NCBI GenBank assembly: GCA_951406725.2
Contig: OX597840.1
Location: forward strand, 9,610,001 to 9,674,000
Reading direction: 5' to 3'
DNA: 64,000 nt
From: Octopus vulgaris
Lineage: Eukaryota
The position numbers and the translations under genes were made by a program. The notes beneath the pieces were generated by a model. That model was not told the origin of the DNA. It did no database searches and worked only from the letters and a program-made list of their open reading frames with translations. This document shows positions 25,928 through 39,738 of this stretch, piece by piece (position 1 is the first letter of the stretch; each line of letters begins with the position of its first letter).

Positions 25928-26123
25928 AGGCGCAGGCGTGGCTGTGTGGTAAGAAGCTGGCTTCTCAACCACACGGTTCCGGGTTCAGTCCAACTCCATG
26001 GCACCTTGGGCAAGTGTCTTCTACTATATCCTCGGCCCAACCAAAGCCTTGTGAGTGGATTTGGTAGACGGAAACTGGAAGAAGCCTGTCGTATATATCT
26101 ATATCTATCTACACACACACGTA

Positions 26124-26179
<56 letters not shown>

Positions 26180-26350
26180 TCCACCCGCCATCGATTGACA
26201 GCCGATGCTGGGTGTGTTTATGTCATCGTAACTTAGCGGTCCGGCAAAAGAAACTGAGAGTAAGTACTAGGCATACAGAGAGTAAATCCTGGGATCGGTG
26301 CTCCAGCATGGCCGCAATCAAATGTACGAAACAAGTAAAACAATAAGAGA
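25928..26350 (+). mobile_element. SINE C
   Basis: Homologous to 2023-2444. Confidence 0.85.
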
Positions 26351-26364
26351 ACCATTACTACCGT

Positions 26365-27700
26365 CAACCTTGCCATCCTTTGAGAACCTGCAAAGATAAT
26401 GAGTACGGTCCCTAATGAAAAACTATATCATATTATCAAAGAGTCAAATCATCCGTTATACTCAAAGATTTAGTTAGTATTATAGGAAGGCGCATATCAT
26501 CCATATCTTCAGGCGAGATAGCATTTCAAAATGCCACGCCGTATTATAATATGGGAAGCACTCCGTCGGTTACGACGACGAGGGTTCCGGTTGATCCGAA
26601 TCAACGGAACAGCCTGCTCGTGAAATTAATGTGTAAGTGGCTGAGCACTCCACAGACACGTGTACCCTTAACGTAGTTCTCGGGGAGATTCAGCATGACA
26701 CAGAGAGTGACAAGGCCGACCCTTTGAAATACAGGTACAACAGAAACAGGAAGTAAGAGTGAGAGAAAGTTGTGGTGAAAGAGTACAGCAGGGATCACCA
26801 CCATCCCCTGCCGGAGCCTCGTGGAGCTTTTAGGTGTTTTCGCTCAATAAACACTCACAACGCCTGGTCTGGGAATCGAAACCGCGATCCTATGACCGCG
26901 AGTCCGCTGCCCTAACAACTGGGCCATTGCGCCTCCACCGTATTATAATAATGCATTAAGGAACAGCGGATTCTCAAAGAAGATCCAGTATAGCCAAAGC
27001 ACTGCTAGCAATAATAGAACCCGTAGAACTAGAACTAGGAAAGGTTTATGGTTTAATCCGGCATTTAACATTGCAGTAAGAACTAATTTAGGTAGAGAAT
27101 TCCTGAAACTAGTTTCTAGGCACTTCCAAGAAAACTGTAAGTTCTATAGAATTTTTAATAGAAGAACACTTAAGATTAGCTATTCTTGTTGCAAGACCTA
27201 CGCCTCTTTAATTAATCAGCACAACACAAAAACGATTAGAAGCAACCACAAAGCCAGAAATAACCAGAAAAATTGCAATTGTAAAGATCAAAGTTGCTGT
27301 TCGTTTGGAGAATTTGTCTGGAGAAAGGAGTTGTTTATAGAGCTAAGGTACAAATAGATGGCATAGAAGGATATAGAACATACACAGGAGACTAGATTAT
27401 ATTCCTGTCGAAATTCATTTCGATACCCCGTAAATAGATTAGCAACAAGTCTCGCCAAGCATGTTTGGAATTTAAAAGAAAATGATACCCGTCCTTTCAA
27501 TATCAGATAGACGGTCTTGGAGAAAGCTGCACCATATAAACATGGAGCATATATGTGCCCTATGAGGTGAGATTTGTGCCTGACTGAAATGCTCTTCATC
27601 CTGTTCCAGGATAAATATGCATTGAACCAAAAACGGGAGCTTTTGACTTCCTGCAGACATGCTACGAGGTATAAATTGTCGACTGATAAAAAAACCATAC
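26365..27700 (+). mobile_element. Penelope-like retroelement 3' part (RT C-terminus and GIY-YIG), interrupted by SINE B
   Basis: KESNHP..RRISSISS..NATPYYNNALRNSGF..LWFNPAF..TNLGREFLKLV..IFNRRTLKISYSC..CNCK..ALNQKRELLTSCRH. Confidence 0.85.
26552..26937 (-). mobile_element. SINE B, full length (~385 bp)
   Basis: A-box tggcccagttgttagg and B-box ggtttcgattccc; 13-bp TSD ccgtattataata (26539-26551 and 26938-26950). Confidence 0.95.
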
Positions 27701-27702
27701 GG

Positions 27703-27771
<69 letters not shown>

Positions 27772-27777
27772 TTGATG

Positions 27778-27844
<67 letters not shown>

Positions 27845-28624
27845 TAATAATATTTGACTTCCGCGTTTGACTTTGGCTTTCCCACCTAAAAACAGGTATC
27901 ATTTTATATAATGTTCATTGTTCATTTATCGCCTTTATATTTTACATTTTGCATTTTTCGACCTTCAAGAAAACCTTCGATTGTTTACAAACTTTTTGTT
28001 ATTTTATTTTTATTCTATTTTCATTGTCTTTTAATAACCGCTTCTTTTAAATGCACCTTTTTGAGTCATTTGATTGTTTTTCCACAATTGAATTTACCCC
28101 ACAATTTACCTCACAATTTCGATTTTTATTGTACATCATAAAAGCCCTTTTACAATTTCCTAACATGTGTTGTATAGATATCACGTATTTACTGTCGACC
28201 AAAATGTGTTTTTAAAGGCATCGAATACAAGAAAGGATTTGTTTTATTTCATTTTATTTGATTCTTCATTACAATTTTATTATTATTTTTATTATCATTT
28301 TTTATTATTTACTTAATTACTTCCATTTATTTTATCATTTTTATTATCATTGATTGTAATTCGATGGTGATGACAGAGCTTTAATTAGCTGTGTGAAAAT
28401 GTTTTGCTTTTTCCTAAAGGCACTAACTTTTCTCATTTAAATTTCGCCGAGGACAAAATTTATATTACATTATTACACTATTAATTTAATTATATTATTG
28501 ATTTTTCCAATCCACGATTGGAAGTTACACTATTTTAATATTCAATATACCAATCAACCGGTTTTAAATATACTCGTGTGCGTATATACGTTATGATGTA
28601 TATACGTTTGTTTACGTATTTTAC

Positions 28625-28676
<52 letters not shown>

Positions 28677-28935
28677 TTTTATGCTTATCTGATTATTTGT
28701 ATGTGTGTTTACATGTATTACTATTGTATATATGTATTTAATTAAGTGAGTATGTATGTATATTCTATGTGTGCGTTCGCAGGCATGGCTTTTATGTATA
28801 AAGTTTAGATTATCTTTTCCTTTTATTTTCCTTCTCTTTTTCCTTATCTTTAGATACTTTAGTGAACGCCGTTAATTTTTCTCTCTTTTTCTCTGTATCT
28901 ATCCATCTATCTATTTATCTATCTATATGTCTGTC

Positions 28936-29017
<82 letters not shown>

Positions 29018-29094
29018 TGCATACATACATACACACATACATATACACATACTTACATACATTACATACATACATACGTACGTACATATATACG

Positions 29095-29190
<96 letters not shown>

Positions 29191-29499
29191 TACATATATA
29201 TATATATTACAGAAGAACTACCATGGAGCAATTCAACAATGATATACTTAAATCATACCATATAGAAAAAAAATTAAAGATACAGTAATACATTTAAGTA
29301 AAGCTAAATAAAGTACTAAATCATAAATGAATAGTATATAATTAGTGAATAGACTACACGTGTTTCGTGGCTATATTTTCAAATTGATAACAATAAAATC
29401 AATTCAACTTAAATATAGTCATATACACATATGTGTGCGTGTTTATGTATGTATATACGTTAATATACACACATACATAGCTAAATTTCAATTTATATA

Positions 29500-30345
29500 C
29501 ATAGAGTGTATGAAGTCCATCAAGATTGTGAAACTGGAGCAATATCTCAAACTGGATCAAGAAATCAGGAATTATCTTGCTTAAGATTACCAGCATCAAA
29601 GAGGGAAAAACAGGATTAAGGAAGTTTAAAACAACTGACACTAATTCCTTCCCACGAAACTTTATTTGTTTCATCCTTTGTGCAATCGCCCAACTTTTAA
29701 GTCTGAACATGGTCAGATACATCTTGATTCTAAGATATCATAACGATCTTCTAGGAGGTGAATTATGTTGTTTTTCTTTGAATGCAAGTCCAGACACGCT
29801 TTAATCTGGGTCGAGTGAAACGTACATATCTCTCCGATCCAATAATAATCGCTAATAAGTCGTAGGCTCCTTACCAAAGGGCCATAAATGTCGTTTTTTC
29901 CTAGGGTTTTCTCACGAAAAGTCAAATTGTAAGAGGACTTCCACAACAGAACATGTCTTGTTTGTTAACTTTATGGACCCACACTACAATATCAAGTCGT
30001 TTAAATTGGTTATCGCTTATTATTATTCTTAATTCTTCGATCATTCGTTTAGTTTCCATAACTAAAAATCTGCTCTGAATGGCGTACTTCAATTTAGAGT
30101 AATCAGCTGAAATACATTGCTACTTTATAAAGGACTTCCAAAGTTTGTCACTGATTTTACCGGTAACAAAACTTGGATTAAGAATCCAGAAAGCACAGCC
30201 CCTAAACAGCCTCTAAAAATCACAAGAAACCGAACCGTCTTTGATGTCCTTTTATTCTTAGTTTTATTGTGTTGCAATCTCGTTTCATCATAGACTTGTC
30301 ATTGTGCAGATGGCACTGCAATTCCAACCATGCAAAGAATACGCC
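29500..30345. pseudogene. Decayed coding-like transposon remnant, possibly a Penelope N-terminal region on minus
   Basis: Non-repetitive with fragmentary ORFs (KLRIKGHQ..FL, PSFVTGKI, IQSRFL); no decisive motif. Confidence 0.25.
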
Positions 30346-30347
30346 CA

Positions 30348-30885
30348 GAGAGAGGAGGAAAGAGAGAGAATGACACAGAAAGAGGAAGAGGAAGAGAGAG
30401 GGCGAAAGAGAGAGAAATACACAGAAAGAAGGAGAGGGAGAGAAAAAGAGAGAGAGAAAGAAAGATAGATATATAGAGAGAAGAACACAGAGAGAGGGAG
30501 AGGGACAGAAAGAAAGAGAGAGAGAGAGATACAGAAAGAGGAAGAGGGAGAGCGAAAGAGAGAGAAATATACAGAAAGAAGGCGAGGGGAAGAAAACGAG
30601 TGAGAGAAAGAAAGATAAATATATATCTATAGAGAGAAAAACACACAGAGAGGGAGAGGAACAGAAAGAGAGAGAGAGAGAAAGACACAGAAAGAGGAAG
30701 AGGGAGAGGAACAGAAAGAGAGAGAGAGAGAGAGAGAAAGACACAGAAAGAGGAAGAGGGAGAGCGAAAGAGAGAGAAATATACAGAAAGGAGATGGAGA
30801 GAAAAAAAGAGAAAGAAAGATAAATATATAGAGAGAAAACACAGAGAGAGCGAGAGGAACGGAAAGAGAGAGTCAGAGAGAGAAA
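30348..30885. repeat. AG-rich minisatellite with repeated acacagaaagaggaagagggagag units
   Basis: Direct reading. Confidence 0.9.
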
Positions 30886-31171
30886 GCTTATATCTTATTA
30901 ACAAGATTCTTTATTCCATCCAGATTTCCATTCCTACCGCGTATGTTCAGAACCAAACCAGAGCAGACAGTCGCATCATTAGAGTATTGTTGTGAAGCCA
31001 AACTCTATTGCCATTTGTCTTAATCGGTGATGTTTTTATTTCGTTTCCTTAAAATCATTTTTGTTCAGCTCAACCCCCAGACTTCATTTTTAATCCTTTT
31101 GCTTCTTCCCTATGTTCTGAATTTCCCAGTGAAACTGCAGCAACATAAACAACAAGCCGTGTACAGTTTAA

Positions 31172-31344
31172 TCCACCACCACCACCACCACCACCTTGAC
31201 AGACCAGTCCGTCAGGCGTCCATGTGACACCACTGGTCACAGCACGCTGTCCACTCCTCTCTGGATCGCGCCTTTCTCATCCACGTGATCCCAATCTTCC
31301 TCCTGAAATCGTAATTTCACCGTCGTGGAGGTCTTCCGGGTGGT

Positions 31345-31349
<5 letters not shown>
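31172..31349 (-). mobile_element. Short 5'-truncated RTE 3' end with a (TGG)n tail
   Basis: 31202-31348 closely matches about 31425-31571. Confidence 0.85.
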
Positions 31350-31404
<55 letters not shown>

Positions 31405-31408
<4 letters not shown>

Positions 31409-32085
31409 TTTGATCACTTTGACCGACCAGTCCGTCAGGCGTCCATTTGACACCGCTGGTCACAGCACGCTGTCCACTCCTCTCTGGATCGCGCCTTTCT
31501 CATCCACGTGATCCCAATCGTCCTCCTGAAATCGTAACTCCACCGTCGTGGAGGCCTTCAGGGTGGTCTTTTCCGCTCGCGCGGGTACCACTCGACAACT
31601 GCGTGCGTCCACCGATTATCGGTGAGCCGGGCGACGTGTCCAGCCCATCTATACTTGCTGCGTGTCAGGCGGCGAGGTGGCAGACACGTTAGCGCACCGG
31701 GCGGAATGCTTAGCGGTATTTCGTCTGTCGTTACGTTCTGAGTTCAAATTCCGCTGAGGTCGACTTTGCCTTTCATCCTTTCGGGGTCGATAAATAAAAG
31801 TACCAGTTTCGCACTGGGGTCGATGTAATCGACTTAATCCCTTTGTCTGTCCTTGTTTGTCCTCTCTATGTTTAGCCCCTTGTAGGCAATAAAGAAATAT
31901 ATACTTGCTGCGTGTATACTCTGCGATGACATCTCTCACGCCGGACTTCTTTCTGATGATCTCGCTACTTACGTGCTCTCTCAGCGAGATACCAAGCATT
32001 GACCTTTCCATGACTCTTTGAGCCGTTACCAGTCTTTGCTCTTCTCTCTTCGTGGTAGCCCATGTTTCACTACCAAATAACATAT
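31405..32085 (-). mobile_element. RTE-1-like LINE 3' end interrupted by SINE A
   Basis: MLFGSETWATTKREEQRL..AEYTRSKYRWAGHVARLTDNRWT..EWYPRERKRP; tail (tcaaagtga)2. Confidence 0.9.
31666..31899 (+). mobile_element. SINE A monomer, full length (~235 bp)
   Basis: 15-16-bp TSD (t)atacttgctgcgtgt at 31651 and 31901; removing it restores the RTE frame. Confidence 0.95.
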
Positions 32086-32490
32086 ACTCTTTACTCTTTT
32101 ACTTGTTTCAGTCATTTGACTGCGGCCATGCTGGAGCACCACCTTTAGTCGAGCAAATCGACCCCGGGACTTATTCTTTGTAAGCCCAGTACTTATTCTA
32201 TCGGTCTCTTTTGCCGAACCGCTACGTGACGGGGACGTAAACACACCAGCATCGGTTGTCAAGCAATGCTAGGGGGGACAAACACAGACACAAACATATA
32301 CACACACACTTATATATATATACATATATACGACAGGCTTCTTTCAGTTTCCGTCTACCAAATCCACTCACAAAGCATTAGTCGGCCCGGGGCTATAGCA
32401 GAAGACACTTGCCCAAGATGCCACGCAGTGGGACTGAACCCGGAACCATGTGGTTGGTTAGCAAGCTACTTACCACACAGCCACTCCTGC
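32086..32490 (-). mobile_element. SINE C, full length
   Basis: Head to (aaagagta)n tail. Confidence 0.9.
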
Positions 32491-33166
32491 GAGCAGCCAT
32501 ATGCTACGAGTTCGTTGATTGTTTAGCATACGTGTGTCCTGGTTTCGAGCTACGGATGACAACCAGTCAGCCGTATCGAGTTCGCTGTTTATTGCTCTTT
32601 TCATTAAGCTCACGAGAACTTTTCCCCAGAACATGATTTTCCTGTATCAACAACAGACTACCAGATCTCTCCTAGATGATTTTATTTTCCAATTCGGTAG
32701 ATTTCCAACAAGTGTTTGGGGAATTTCGCTGGTTATCTTATATATTTCCGGAGACACGTTTGCACAGTAGTCACAGCGTGGTTTATTCAAACAGACAAAA
32801 TGGCGGCCTTGCTGTTTATTTAGGTTCTAGGTGGCCGCCACACACGAATAGCTTTAGACCATCCAAAGTAGGCGTATTTACAACCCTGATTATATAACCT
32901 TTCATGCTGCCAAATACGGTTTTGTGGAAATAATGTAAATTTTCGGTGGATGGTTTTGGTACTTGCACTTTCTTACGATGAGAAAATTTTTGACTTGCCA
33001 CTCATTATTCATATCACTCATACAATGTGTGTGTATATATGTGTGTGCGTGTGAATGTACATATATATGTATATATATGTATGCATGTACGTACGTATGT
33101 ATGTGTGTATATATGTATGTACATATGTATATATGTACATATGTATATATGTACATATGTAAGTAT

Positions 33167-33545
33167 GTGGAGGCGTGATGGTCCAGTGGTTAGAGCAGCG
33201 GACTCGCAGTCGTAGGATCGTGGTTTCGATTCCCAGACCGGGCGTTGTGAGTGTTTATTGAGCGAAAACACCTAAAGCTCCACGAGGCTCCGGCAGGGGA
33301 TGGTGGCGAACCCTGCTATACTCTTTCACCACACCTCTCGCTCTTTGTTCCTGTTTTTGTTGTACCTGTATTTCAAAGGGCCAGCCTTGTCACACACACT
33401 GTGTCACGCTGAATATCCCCGAGAACTACGTTAAGGGTACACGTGTCTGTGGAATGCTCAGCCACTTACACGTTAATTTCACGAACAGGCTGTTCCGTTG
33501 ATCGGATAAAATGGAACCCTCGTCGTCGTAACCGACGCAGTGCCA
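33167..33545 (+). mobile_element. SINE B
   Basis: Homologous to 44354-44739. Confidence 0.9.
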
Positions 33546-33733
33546 CGAATGTATGTATGCATCACGTACATACACGTACGGTGTTAATATATTAAGTGTA
33601 TGATTAATTTATGGAATGAATTTCTATGAATCCAATCATATTTGTTAAAAATGGAGATGATTAGATGTTAACAATTAATCATACACTTAATTATTCTTGC
33701 CGAGTGTCTTCCTGATACCTTGGGCATAGAAAC

Positions 33734-33808
<75 letters not shown>

Positions 33809-33950
33809 TGGTAGGACATTAAAATAAAAATACCAGATTGTTCATTTACAAAATCATGTGATAGAGAAAAGATGAAGAAAGATAGAGAGGAGGGGGAAAT
33901 GAAAACAAAATTAAACAAAGAAAATAAAAGGGAAAAAAGGAAAGAAAATT

Positions 33951-34995
33951 CACAGCGATAATGCTCTTCTCTACGTGTGACGTACCAATCAAGACAATCT
34001 TTTGTACTTCCTACATAGATGATAAACCAGGGATCATCCTCAAATAATTTTCAGTTCCTTTTTTTTAATAATTTCAAGTACTCCTACAATCACTGGTATT
34101 GTAACCGTTAAAGCAGCGAGCTGGCAGAAACGTTAGCACGCCGGGCGAAATGCTTAGCGGTATTTCGTCTGCCGCTACGTTCTGAGTTCAAATTCCGCCG
34201 AGGTCAACATTGCCTTTCTTCCTTTCGGGGTCGATAAATTAAGGACCAGTTACTCACTGGGGTCGATGTAATCTACTTAATCCATTTGTCTGTCCTTGTT
34301 TGTCCTCTCTGTGTTTAGCCCCTTGTGGGCAGTAAAGAAATAGGTATTTCGTCTGCCGCTACGTTCTGAGTTCAAATTCCGTCGAGGTCGACTTTGCCTT
34401 TCATCCTTTCGGTGTCGATTAAATAAGTACCAGTTACGCACTGGGGTCGATATAATCGATTTAATCCGTTTGTCTGTCCTTGTTCGACCCCTCTATGTGT
34501 AGCCCCTTGTGGGCAGTAAAGAAATAGGTATTGTAACCGTCTTGAGATGCCACATCTTTTCGATTAGCATATCTTTATTTTCTGAGCTTATCAAATTCTT
34601 TTGGCCGAGATATTATGATCACAAGGCATGCTCATGTCAATCAATAAACAGATTTTATTATTTTGGTCTTTCACAACATTATCTGGTTTATTAGCTTTGA
34701 TGGTCCGGTCTGTACATACTGGAAAATTCCAAAGAATCGTTACATTTTCTCCTTCAGTTACAGCCTCAGGGTGATGCTTATACCATTTGTCAGCAGTTCT
34801 GATTTTATCATGCCGACATATTATCCAGTGTAGATATTGGCTAACTTTGTCATGTCTTGCTTTATACTCTACATATGCTAAAACATTACACCTAGCGATT
34901 AGGTGGCTCGCAGTTTCAATCCCATCGTTGCAGTATCGGAACTTTGGGTCTACCTCATTTTTCATCCCATTGGCTTGATAGTTCGTGTGCTGAAA
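33951..34995 (-). mobile_element. R4/Dong-like LINE 3' part (CCHC knuckle and RLE), interrupted by a SINE A dimer
   Basis: ETASHLIARC..YKARHDKV..HW..KWYKHHP..ILWNF..KPD..LIDMSMP..VTIPVIVG. Confidence 0.85.
34109..34526 (+). mobile_element. SINE A dimer
   Basis: One head and two bodies within a 14-bp TSD ggtattgtaaccgt (34095-34108 and 34527-34540). Confidence 0.95.
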
Positions 34996-35153
34996 CAAAG
35001 ATAATTGCAGCGTGGAAGGGGTTTATAAGCCATTAAAAAAAAAAACGCCCCCACCCACAAAACCGTTAGTTTCACTTCAACATTTGAATCTAATTTGTGT
35101 TAAAATATTTTCGTCGTTGTGAAATCTATTCACTGACAAAATTTCGTGCTGCA

Positions 35154-35197
<44 letters not shown>

Positions 35198-35386
35198 GGG
35201 AGAGTTTACGAACAAAAACAAAAGACGAAGACAGGTGGTGTAGAAAAAAAACAGATGTATTAGTATAACGTTCAGGAATAGAAAAAGTCTTTTACGTTTC
35301 GAGCCTATGCTCTTCTACAGAAAGATACACAGAAAAAAAAACAAGGAGAGAAAAAAATGTGTGTAGTGGCTAACGATCTATCATGG

Positions 35387-35470
<84 letters not shown>

Positions 35471-35700
35471 TCTAAACATCTCATAGAGATATGTACGGTG
35501 GTGGAGCGATAGAGTAGTTGTCTACTGTCAACTTAATGTGACAGTCCTGTAAGGAAATTACACCACCGCTGTTTAGCCCTAGGAAGCATCGACGCTTCCT
35601 GTCGGCCTTGACACATTTCCTGTGTCCTTATATGTATAAGGACACAGGACTATCACGTTAAGTTGACAGTATACAACTACTCTCTCTCTCTCTCTCTCTC

Positions 35701-35794
<94 letters not shown>

Positions 35795-35798
<4 letters not shown>

Positions 35799-36102
35799 AG
35801 GCGCAATGGCCCAGTGGTTAGGGCAGCGGACTCGCGGTCGCAGGATCGCGGTTTCGATTCCCAGACGGGCGTTGTGAGTATTTATTGTGCGAAAACACCT
35901 AAAAGCTCCACGAGGCTCCGGCAGGGGGGGGGGATGATCCTTGCTGTACTCTTTCACCACTCTTTCTACCACTCTTTCTTCTATTGGCCTGTTCGCTTAG
36001 CCAGCGGGGTGGCGTCATTCAAAGGCTAAAACAATGCGAAAGCATTGTGACCAGCGATGTGTAACAGCATCTGATGGTCTGGTCGGTCACGTGATCACGT
36101 GA
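35795..36102 (+). mobile_element. SINE with B-type head and RTE-1-like tail
   Basis: Tail tgtgaccagcg..ctgatggtctggtcggtcacgtgatcacgtga resembles the LINE end at 31405-31465. Confidence 0.85.
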
Positions 36103-36108
36103 TATATA

Positions 36109-36150
<42 letters not shown>

Positions 36151-36633
36151 TAACTATGGTGTCGATGGCAATGCGTGCAGTGTGGTGCATATAACGTGAA
36201 ACTGCGAAACACTGAGACAGGAAGGAAACTGGTTGTATATAATTTTTCCTTTCTCCACTTTAAAGTGAAATAAAGAACTATGACGACGATGACGACGACG
36301 ACGACAACGATGACGACGACGACGACAACGATGACGACGACGATGGCTGCGGCGATTGCAGTTGCTTCGTCTTCGTCCAATCAATAAAAGAGACGAGATG
36401 GAAACTGTGTTGATCAATCACTGACTTTAATTATTTCAAATATTGATTGGTTATTGTCTGTTCAAAGATTCTTCTTCCATCTGTCGTATTCTCTCTTTCT
36501 CTCTCTCTCTATCTCTTTCCCTTTCTCTTTACCTCTCCCTCCCTACTTCTCTCACTCTCTCTCGTGCTAACGTTTCTGCCAGCTCCCCAACGAAACAGTT
36601 AATGCAAAGAAGTGTTGTCGTCATTTAAGACCA

Positions 36634-37716
36634 CCGTAAATCCTCGAGTATAGTCCACCCTTGAGTATAATATTCAGGGAATTTTTAGGGGGCTCTACCT
36701 CTGAAAAACCTAAAACTTGTGTATAATACGCACCCCTTCTCTAACTTGAGTCGTGCGTAATTAAACCAACAGCTCCTAGTCGAACAAACACTTCCGCGCA
36801 TGCGTAATACAATAATGGTGGTGTTCTTAATTGTTATATGGGAATGTAAATATGTTTGCAAATTGTTTTTGTTACATGTTATTCTGGGTTCTGAATACTT
36901 TTATTTTAATAAATGTTTCTTACTGCAAGTAATGGATGATTCTTTTATGACTTCATTGCTTTCAGGGTTAGCTTAAGGTATTTTCACGTCCTTGAGTATA
37001 ATACGCAGATGATTTTTAGGGGGCTGTATTTCTGAAAAACCTAAACCTTGTGTATAATACGCACCCCTTCTCTAACTTGAGTCAAGGAGGTCTATATAAC
37101 ATCCTTGGTTTGTAAAAACGTATACGGTAACGCATGCGTAATACAATAATGGTGATGTTCTTAACTGTTATATGGGAATGTAAATATGTTTGCAAATTTT
37201 TTTTTTTACATGTTATTCTGGGTTCTGAATACATTTATTTTAATAAATGTTGCTTACTGCAAGTTATGGGGGATTCTTTTATGACTTCATTGCTTTCAGG
37301 TTTAGCTTAAGGTATTTTCGCGCCCGACATCACGAAATGTGTCTGAATAAACATTGCCGGGCAGCAAATAGAGACTCGGACATTGCTTAGAAAATATTTT
37401 TCATTTTTAGCCTCGTATATAGTACACACTAGGGCAGTGGTTTTCAACCAGGCTTCCGCGGAACCTTAGGGTTCCGCCAGTACAGTCCAGGGGTTCCGCA
37501 AGAAGTTACAAAACTGCTAAAATCGGCAGTAATTTTAAAGTCTCCTGTGCAGATATGTGTGCATAAGACAATTAAATTATTGCACAGGGGTTCCCCAAGC
37601 CAGTGGAATGTTTCCTTGGGGTTCCGCTCCAGCAAAAAGTTTGAAAAGCACTGCACTAGGGATTTTGACCTTTAAATTTTGGTGGGGAAATGCAGATTAT
37701 GCTCGAGGATTCACAG
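36634..37716. mobile_element. pogo/Tigger-like non-autonomous element with an internal ~331-bp tandem duplication
   Basis: TIR ccgtaaatcctcgagtata versus tatgctcgaggattcacag; ccttgagtataat begins units at 36659 and 36990. Confidence 0.75.
37435..37653. mobile_element. hAT (Charlie-like) MITE
   Basis: TIR cagtggttttcaa / ttgaaaagcactg; perfect 8-bp TSD cactaggg. Confidence 0.92.
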
Positions 37717-37719
37717 CAT

Positions 37720-38506
37720 TGCACTAAAATAGGCAGAAAAAATTCACCCTTCATTGGTCAGTCGTGAAAGAAGAGTTGTTCTTGCAAGATAATACAAGAC
37801 CATAAAAAAAAAAGACTCCGCCGGTTACGACGACGAGGGTCCCAGCTGATACGATCAACGGAACAGCTTGCTCGTGAAATTAACGTGCAAATGGCTGAGC
37901 ATTCCACAGACACGTGTACCCTTAACGTAGTTCTCGGGGATAATCAGCGTGACACAGAGAGTGACAAGGCTGACCCTTTGAAATACAAGTACAACTCATT
38001 TTTGCCAGCTGAGTGGACTGGAGCAACGTGAAATAAAGTGTCTTGCTCAAGGACACAACGCGTCGCCGGGAATCGAACTCACAACCTTACGATCATGAGC
38101 CGAATGCCCTAACCACTAAGCCACGCGCCCTCACATACAAGACCATATATTCCTCAAGTCACACGGGAAAAGATTAAGAAATTATAAATATGGAAGTTTT
38201 ACCCGATCCTCCTTATTCTCCAGACCTCCCTCCATCTGACCTCCACGTTTTTCAGATCATTGCAACCTTATTTAGAGGAGAAATAGTTTATTAATTGTGA
38301 AGAGGGTGAGTGTTTCTTTGGTACGAAACCTGATGAATTTTACACTCGAGAGATCAACAAATTGCTAAACAGACAGGATTGTGTTAGCAATAATGAATGA
38401 GAAATATCTTGATTAAATATAATTGAATAAATCAATTAAGGCCAAAGAAACATTTGTTTCTTTCTCCTCTTGAGATGCAACGCAAATTACTTTCCATTAT
38501 AATTAT
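37720..38506 (+). mobile_element. mariner transposase remnant interrupted by a SINE
   Basis: LQDNTRP..TREKI..EVLPDPPYSPDLPPSDLHVFRSLQ; right-TIR-like cgcaaattacttt near 38482. Confidence 0.85.
37805..38134 (-). mobile_element. SINE with a different tRNA-like head but SINE B 3' half
   Basis: Head gggcgcgtggcttagtggttaggg..gagttcgattccc..gtccttgagcaagacac; 13-bp TSD atacaagaccata. Confidence 0.92.
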
Positions 38507-38644
38507 CATATTAATACACACACACACACACACACACACAAATAAACAAACACACTGTGTGTAATGTGAGTGTGAGCATACATGTATGTATGTGTGTATA
38601 TATATATATATATGTGTGTGTACATACATATATATATACATATG

Positions 38645-38704
<60 letters not shown>

Positions 38705-38787
38705 CATATGTATATATATATATATGTATGTACACACATATATATATATACACACATACATACACATACATACATATTTACACATAT

Positions 38788-38818
<31 letters not shown>

Positions 38819-38879
38819 CATATATATACATATATATACATATATATATGTACACATATATATACACACACACACATAC

Positions 38880-38912
<33 letters not shown>

Positions 38913-38917
38913 CATAC

Positions 38918-38978
<61 letters not shown>

Positions 38979-38990
38979 CATATATATACA

Positions 38991-39026
<36 letters not shown>

Positions 39027-39031
39027 CATAC

Positions 39032-39065
<34 letters not shown>

Positions 39066-39446
39066 ACATATGTGTATACATGCTTTGATTAATCCAAGTA
39101 CTTAGAAAGAAGAGTCCATGGATAAATAGCAAATTTATGTATATCTGTGAGTTTACTAAAAATAAATTTAGCATCGCTGTGAAAATAGAAGCTGCCTTTA
39201 AGCACCCTGCCTCTCTCTCCTCTCTCTCTCACTCTATCTATCTATCTTTCTCTCTCTCTCTCTCTTTTTCTTTCTCTCTTCTCAGTACAGTAAACGGCAG
39301 AACAACTGAACAATATTCGCCAAATAGACCAATATGCAAATGAGCAAAAGAGATACTTGTTACACTATCTTGCCAACTTCGATATATAATTTCCTCTCTC
39401 TCTCTCTCTCCCTGCTTTGCTATGTCTGTCTGTTATTCTATCAGTT

Positions 39447-39495
<49 letters not shown>

Positions 39496-39738
39496 TACAA
39501 ACACACAGCGTCTAACTTTCTCTTTCTTATATCGCTTATATCACTTCAGAATTCATCGAAAACATTAGAAAACACACACACACGTGTGTGTATGTCTGTG
39601 TGTGTGTATGTCTGTGTGTGTGTGTGTCTGTGTGTGTGTGTGTCTGTGTGTATGTCTGTGTGTGTGTCTGTGTGTATACTTACTTACACACACACACACA
39701 CAAACACACTCATATATATATATATACATATATACATA

